Shown piece by piece: positions 58,604 through 64,000 of a stretch of 64,000 nt of DNA; position 1 is the first letter of the stretch, and each line of letters begins with the position of its first letter. This DNA comes from Sedimentisphaerales bacterium. Lineage in GTDB: Bacteria > Planctomycetota > Phycisphaerae > Sedimentisphaerales > SM23-30. The notes beneath the pieces are model-generated. The model did not search any database, had not been told where the DNA came from, and saw nothing but the letters and a program-made list of their open reading frames with translations. The stretch is from assembly GCA_028281535.1 (NCBI GenBank), contig JANQJS010000047.1, positions 1,513-65,512 on the forward strand, in the 5' to 3' direction. Made by a program: the position numbers and the translations under genes.

Positions 58604-60100
58604 CTATGGGCGGAAATAGGATAGTTGATTTATGCCATACCTTTGCGATATTTCATTATCGGCTTGAGACAATTGCTCTCTTGGTAAAACGATAACGGGA
58701 TTGTCATTTTCAAATTCAAACGTGATGAAATCCGACTCTTTGTTGAGCGAGATCGCTTTTGGCAAATCGTCGAGTGAACGAATACTCATTCCATTAATCG
58801 ATTTTAACACTACCTGCCTAAGTTTATGATATCCCAAATTAATTTGAGCAGGGATCACATAACTTAATATTACAATTTCCTTACGATCCTTAGTTGGATT
58901 GAATGCCATTTTTTTATAGTATTGATAAAGATACGGCGAAACTCGGCTACTTTCATCTTCGCCCCAAACATTGATATAGGGTCGTGTTAGAGTTTGGAAC
59001 ATAAGTCCACCCAGAATCATATATTCGGGGCGTTGATTATATTGATGAAATGGTATAGCCATGTCAGTTTGATTAAGAGTCTCTGTCATGATGTGAAGTT
59101 CAATGATATTGTTATTCCTCCATACTTTTATTGGGATAGAGATATTGATTGGATTGTTTGTTATTAGGTATTCGAAACCGATTTCGCCATATTGTGAATC
59201 AATGTATCTGCCATAAGCATCTATTTTAATATTATTGATTTCAAGCAAAACATCTTCAGGTTTCAAATCCTTTGAGCCTGTTCCAGCTGAATATATTTCA
59301 GAAATATATACGCCATGGGTGGTCGATTTTGGAAGCTGTAGATGGGATCTGTGGGCAGGGTCAATGAGAGACTTGGAAGCAAAGCCTAGGCTGGCACTCC
59401 CATTAAATACTCCGTCAAGACAATCTTCCAGGAAAAGATTTATGACAGGAGCAGGTATAAGTCCGCATTCATTGTTTTCATTTGTCCAGGTTGCGAGACC
59501 GATAGGCTTATTTTTTTGGCAAAACAATTGAGATTTACCTGCTTGTCTAGACGAATTGCTTACGACATAGTTTATTTGATTGTTAAATGATAAAGCAGAG
59601 GGCTTAATCATAACATCATCAGCAATGGCTCTACCTTTAAAAGATTTTGCGTCTCGATTAAACCAGTAAAATTCGACAGGTTGCCCAACATTGAAATCTG
59701 ATGAAAATGAAATCGGCTTGAAGGGGGCAGGCAGTGAAGATGGTTCACATGACAACAAGCATAGATTGTTATTGATATCGATAAATGTGATTGACACAGG
59801 AATAAATTGTGTTGATTGCTTGCATTTGATCTTAATAAAATTTGCATCAACGACACCTTGTGCTGTTGTCAGAATGGTATATTCAGAAACAGCACAGCCG
59901 TAGAATGATTTTGACTTTAACTCTTCTGTTTTCCATGGTTGGTAAACAGATTGTTTTTGAACAGCAGATTCGATATAAACGAGAGAGTCCTCAAAAGGAA
60001 TTTCATCTGAAAGGAGTTGTTCAGTATTAGCGATCACTATTATCGGAAAGAGCATCGTCCAAAGTGATATTAATATATGAAATTGGTGTTTATTTTTCAT
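58604..60100 (-). CDS. Deg/HtrA-like protein with PDZ domains, catalytic triad degenerate
   Basis: Paralog of the neighbouring protease (YMILGGLMFQTLTRPY vs YVVFAGLTFIKLSRDY), but with LTTAQ, INNNL and GKSQL at the catalytic motifs. Confidence 0.8.
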   Translation of the reverse strand: MKNKHQFHILISLWTMLFPIIVIANTEQLLSDEIPFEDSLVYIESAVQKQSVYQPWKTEELKSKSFYGCAVSEYTILTTAQGVVDANFIKIKCKQSTQFIPVSITFIDINNNLCLLSCEPSSLPAPFKPISFSSDFNVGQPVEFYWFNRDAKSFKGRAIADDVMIKPSALSFNNQINYVVSNSSRQAGKSQLFCQKNKPIGLATWTNENNECGLIPAPVINLFLEDCLDGVFNGSASLGFASKSLIDPAHRSHLQLPKSTTHGVYISEIYSAGTGSKDLKPEDVLLEINNIKIDAYGRYIDSQYGEIGFEYLITNNPINISIPIKVWRNNNIIELHIMTETLNQTDMAIPFHQYNQRPEYMILGGLMFQTLTRPYINVWGEDESSRVSPYLYQYYKKMAFNPTKDRKEIVILSYVIPAQINLGYHKLRQVVLKSINGMSIRSLDDLPKAISLNKESDFITFEFENDNPVIVLPREQLSQADNEISQRYGINQLSYFRP

Positions 60101-61557
60101 TTTAAATAAGAATCGTTTTTGATCTGGTAATTGTTATTAATAATAGGATGGCGTTCTGTTGCAATTTTTGCATTGATCACTAAAGGAATTGTATGCCCAA
60201 TAAATTTAAAAATATGATTGCCATCAATGGGGTGTTCTAATGCCTCAGGGATATTATTTAAATCAAGTATTTCAATGTTATTTATTGATTCTAAAGGCAT
60301 GTTATGGAATGGCTTTGCGTAGGTGTTTACCTGGTCTGGTAAAATTTCTGATAAAACGGCATAGCATTTTCGGTCAGATTCATCGTTTATCGAGCTGGCA
60401 TTTTGAAATAAATATTTCAAAATATGAGGCATTGTTGAGCTCCAGTTTCTGCCCCAGGTTTCTAAGTAATCACGCGATAATTTGATAAAAGTTAGTCCTG
60501 CAAAAACAACATATTCAGGTTGTGAATCATATTGACGTGAATATTCAATGACAGGGCGATTCAATAATATTTTGGCATTCTCTTGATGTTTTTTTCCGTT
60601 ACGATAAAATGTAATATTTAAGTTCTCACCAATTTGTTTCTCTTCGATGACCTGCGACATGCCAATTCGCAAACCATAGATCTGTATCATGCCATCATTG
60701 TCAATGTCATAATCATCAAATTGTGTCAAAACGTCACCAGGTTGCAATAGATTGTACGCAGGCGTGTTTATCTGTGTGTTTAAAACAACAACACCTTGTT
60801 GTTCATTTGGGACTTTCAAGAATGATTTGTAGCTCGGGCTATGCAACCCAGGATAATACGAAAATCCTAGAGAACCAAAACCGTCATACGTATTATCTTT
60901 GATATCATCAAGAAAATGATTTATGACTGTTGTTGGGATTAAATATCCGATGTTGTCAGCTTGCCTGAGACCTTGGAATGCCACTCCAACGACTTTATTA
61001 TTCTGAATGACTGGGCCACCACTATTGCCTGGATTAATGGCAGCATCCGTTTGAATAACCAAATGCGAATCTGCACCAGGGTGGCTATAGGTGTCCATTT
61101 GGATTCTAGAAACGACCCCTTCTGTTACTGAAATGAGTTTGCCACCTACTGGGAAGCCATAAGTAGATACTTTAGAATTGATTTCAGGAATCTGGCCAAT
61201 TTCTAATGGGGATGTCTCATTGAAAAATGTCTTGTCGATTGGTTCTACGATAGCCAGGTCACAGTCATGACCGGCGAATACAACTTTGGCTGGATATCGC
61301 TTTGCATACCTTTGCAGAGTAACTTCAACATATTTGGTATTACCAATATTATGAGCATTCGTAAGGATTTTATTACCAGAGATTATAAAACCAGTACCCA
61401 CACCTTGACTCATGATTTCTTGTTTCCAGGGTGTTGTGTGATTGTAACCCTGATTGACACTTCGAATCATGACCACAGAATCACTCAAGTTCGTGTTAGC
61501 GAATGCGAGATTTATCTGGCTGGAGATAAAGAAAATGGCTAAATAAATATATTTCAT
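60097..61557 (-). CDS. Secreted Deg/HtrA serine protease resembling plant Deg2/9/10-type enzymes
   Basis: GTGF, LTNAH, HDCDLA, TDAAINPGNSGGP and two PDZ-like domains. ATGA overlap with the downstream gene. Confidence 0.92.
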   Translation of the reverse strand: MKYIYLAIFFISSQINLAFANTNLSDSVVMIRSVNQGYNHTTPWKQEIMSQGVGTGFIISGNKILTNAHNIGNTKYVEVTLQRYAKRYPAKVVFAGHDCDLAIVEPIDKTFFNETSPLEIGQIPEINSKVSTYGFPVGGKLISVTEGVVSRIQMDTYSHPGADSHLVIQTDAAINPGNSGGPVIQNNKVVGVAFQGLRQADNIGYLIPTTVINHFLDDIKDNTYDGFGSLGFSYYPGLHSPSYKSFLKVPNEQQGVVVLNTQINTPAYNLLQPGDVLTQFDDYDIDNDGMIQIYGLRIGMSQVIEEKQIGENLNITFYRNGKKHQENAKILLNRPVIEYSRQYDSQPEYVVFAGLTFIKLSRDYLETWGRNWSSTMPHILKYLFQNASSINDESDRKCYAVLSEILPDQVNTYAKPFHNMPLESINNIEILDLNNIPEALEHPIDGNHIFKFIGHTIPLVINAKIATERHPIINNNYQIKNDSYLK

Positions 61558-61565
61558 TATTAAAT

Positions 61566-63566
61566 TTAGGGTAATGGTGAATAATGTCCTTCAAAGTAAA
61601 GCCCTTCAGGGATAACCTTTCCATAGCCGGCAGCGGCTCCAAAGTATTTTTTGATACTATCATATGGCGGTAAATTTGTAAAATTTATATCCTTACCTAT
61701 GGCGTCTGCGATCATTTTAAAAACCGCGTCGGAGGATAAATTAATTAGAGGATTTGCCTCGACCGATTCTGAAGAATTGTTTTGTGCTTTTTGAGTTTCA
61801 GAAATCATCCACCATGTGTATTCCATATATTTATCGGAGTTGTCATAGAAAAAGATTCCTGCTCTATCCGGAACACTTTTAAATACATGTTGGTATAATG
61901 GGTCGGACGTAATCATCGGTGTGTTATTGCGTCTTTGATTTCTTAAAATTTGTTCAATATTGTTTGTGTGTCCATAAATAAATAAATTGTCTATAACAGC
62001 AAAACCGAATTGTACTTTATCTGGGGAGCCAGGATCTTCAGAAAGGTTTATGTCTAAGCCGGGTATTATATAAATGTTCGTTCCCAGCAATTCATTTTTT
62101 AATTCTTTATTTCCCATAGCGATGAACTGCGCGTGTAAACGATTTAATGTCTGATCAAATACTTCACCATCTTTGAGTTGGATCGTCACTAAGATTCGCT
62201 GCATATCTAATATGTTAAATGGCTTTGCAATCTCGACAGTCATGGTTAATGGAGATGTAAATTGCCCAATAATATCTTTTTGCAAGTCAACCGCTGGACG
62301 TCCCGTTGCGGGGTCAGCGGTCATGGCCAAAGAACTTTGAATGAAGGGTTCGATATTTTGCCCGCTAACCTTTGTTACAAGGTCGAGGATCTTGGGATAA
62401 ATCGCACTTAAATCATAATGGGCGACTAGAATGTTTGACACATTCTTTGTCATAGTTGGGCTGATTTTATATGTGCTTGATATTGGGGTAATGATATCTA
62501 ATATTCCTTTTCTCTCCCCATCGATGCCTAATAACATTTTTGTTTGGAAATCGATCTGTTTATTCGGTTTAATCTGATAATTCCAACCAAGCCAGGTCGT
62601 ATTGTTTAACCCTAAGAGGGTTAAAGTCCGGTCAATTTTTTCATTGGTTAACTTTAAACCGCCACCTGAAAATTGAGCAATAGCTCTTATTGTTTTTTTG
62701 ATGTCAGCACACACAGTGAAATCTTTTGTACTGATGATCTTTTCAAGTTTACGATAATGATTATCGCTGGCTAGTGAATCTGCCCCGTTGCCATCCATTC
62801 TTGATAGGACTTCTCGTATGTAATGTGTGCTGGAACTAATAATGAACATGTCATCTTTGAAGCCATAGCACAATGTGTCATATTTTTCATCCTGTCCTGG
62901 ATCTGATTTAAATATTTTAAATGGTGTATTGCGTATGTTTTTCTTTGTCTTATGTAACGCTTGCATATTTTCTGATTTTTCGGCTTTATTCAGAATCTTT
63001 TTAAAAGTATCTATTTGGTCGCCAAATTCAAACCAACCTAACACTTGGTAGTCATCAAGAGTTTCTTCAATCTTGGGCAAAGAGGCGGGATCAATTTTTT
63101 GCCATTGTTCGTTGGTAAGATTCTGATCTGCTAAAGATGAATAATCGGGCAATTCAAATTGACGAGGTTTGACAAAAAAAGCTAAAGTGGCTTGTCCCTG
63201 AGGAAAAGGCATTGTGCTGGCAGTCATTTCTATATTGGTTTCTTTGCTGATTTCATCAAACATTTCATCGATTTTGGGCTTAAGAAATGTATTAATGTTG
63301 TCCATCATTGGCTTCATTTCTGGTGAGTCAATGAATAAACCAATTGATGTATTTTTGAATTTTTCTTGGATTTGGTTAAAATTTTCAAAGGAGACATAGC
63401 CAATTGTATCTTTTGGTAAAAATTTCGCTGGTGAGGGTGTTGAAGATAATAACACACCATTGGATAAGAGGTTTAATGTAATTATAGCTATATAAAGAGT
63501 CATCGCATGGTATGAATATTTTTTGGGTTGCATGATTCTCCTTCCGAGATGAAATAGATTATGCAT
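61566..63566 (-). CDS. Exported DUF3352-like hypothetical protein (start possibly ATG 63533)
   Basis: Signal peptide. The N-terminal LPKDT...FKNTSIG..IDSPEM resembles the 21187 ORF. Confidence 0.6.
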   Translation of the reverse strand: MHNLFHLGRRIMQPKKYSYHAMTLYIAIITLNLLSNGVLLSSTPSPAKFLPKDTIGYVSFENFNQIQEKFKNTSIGLFIDSPEMKPMMDNINTFLKPKIDEMFDEISKETNIEMTASTMPFPQGQATLAFFVKPRQFELPDYSSLADQNLTNEQWQKIDPASLPKIEETLDDYQVLGWFEFGDQIDTFKKILNKAEKSENMQALHKTKKNIRNTPFKIFKSDPGQDEKYDTLCYGFKDDMFIISSSTHYIREVLSRMDGNGADSLASDNHYRKLEKIISTKDFTVCADIKKTIRAIAQFSGGGLKLTNEKIDRTLTLLGLNNTTWLGWNYQIKPNKQIDFQTKMLLGIDGERKGILDIITPISSTYKISPTMTKNVSNILVAHYDLSAIYPKILDLVTKVSGQNIEPFIQSSLAMTADPATGRPAVDLQKDIIGQFTSPLTMTVEIAKPFNILDMQRILVTIQLKDGEVFDQTLNRLHAQFIAMGNKELKNELLGTNIYIIPGLDINLSEDPGSPDKVQFGFAVIDNLFIYGHTNNIEQILRNQRRNNTPMITSDPLYQHVFKSVPDRAGIFFYDNSDKYMEYTWWMISETQKAQNNSSESVEANPLINLSSDAVFKMIADAIGKDINFTNLPPYDSIKKYFGAAAGYGKVIPEGLYFEGHYSPLP

Positions 63567-63577
63567 TCATATGATAA

Positions 63578-64000
63578 TTAAAAAGGTAGCTTTCCTTTTG
63601 GGGCGGACTCACTCGATTTGCGATGGCTGGGTTGGAGATACCTAAAACCTGAATTAGGGTTTTCTTCATCATAAGCAAAAGCATCTCGATTATCGATAAA
63701 CCGCTTGACGACATCGATTGGGATCGCAAAATTTAAGCCACCCAAGTATATATAGCCCATCGAGGTAACACCAACAACTTGGCCATTTAAATTAAATAAT
63801 GGTCCACCAGAATTTCCAGGATTAATATCTGCGGTTGTTTGGATATAGAGCTGCCCCTCGAAATTCCGATTATTGGTAGATACGATGCCCTGGCTGACAG
63901 ATCGTGTTAATCCAAGTGGGTTGCCAATCGCAAATACCCTTTGTCCAACTTCAAGATCGTTCATATTACCAAGATAAGATATTTTAAACGATTCTTCTGG
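63578..64000 (-). CDS. Trypsin-like (HtrA-type) serine protease, 5'-truncated at window edge
   Basis: VFAIGNPLGL, GIVS, IQTTADINPGNSGGPL and NFAIP. No C-terminal PDZ domain. Confidence 0.88.
   Translation of the reverse strand, partial: PEESFKISYLGNMNDLEVGQRVFAIGNPLGLTRSVSQGIVSTNNRNFEGQLYIQTTADINPGNSGGPLFNLNGQVVGVTSMGYIYLGGLNFAIPIDVVKRFIDNRDAFAYDEENPNSGFRYLQPSHRKSSESAPKGKLPF

Noticed and set aside
1..64000. CRISPR arrays, IS elements, prophage, rRNA or tRNA genes
   Set aside because: No regularly spaced repeats, transposase/integrase ORFs or structural RNA signatures were seen.

Overview
AT-rich bacterial chromosome window, most likely from a Planctomycete (Phycisphaerae-like). This is inferred from a LE-x-R-x-LL export motif on a giant protein, a DUF1559-like pilin tail and a dockerin-like 'FAATWL' motif. 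From left to right the window holds: (1) the tail of an Rhs polymorphic-toxin array with a Tle1/DUF2235 lipase toxin, an orphan Rhs-CT, exported ankyrin immunity candidates and a 310-bp recombination stub; (2) a YfiR + YfiN-like-sensor histidine kinase + HD-GYP response regulator; (3) phoB-phoR and pstSCAB-phoU with 11-bp-periodic Pho-box-like repeats; (4) pcrA; (5) a 4134-aa secreted protein with a C-terminal metzincin motif; (6) rsmB and fmt; (7) a complete minus-strand ammonium-assimilation cluster (gltBD, glnA, two amt-PII pairs, a porin-like gene and a GAF-AAA+-HTH sigma54 activator); (8) an operon of HtrA/Deg proteases that includes a catalytically dead paralog. The best candidate for an undescribed system is the nitrogen cluster. 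An AnfA/NifA-like activator sits beside two sigma54 promoters, each with paired TAC-N6-GTA boxes exactly 30 bp apart, and these appear to drive ammonium uptake rather than nitrogenase. Both PII proteins lack Tyr51. No rRNA, intact tRNA, CRISPR array or IS element was recognised. All family calls come from reading motifs by eye, not from database searches.
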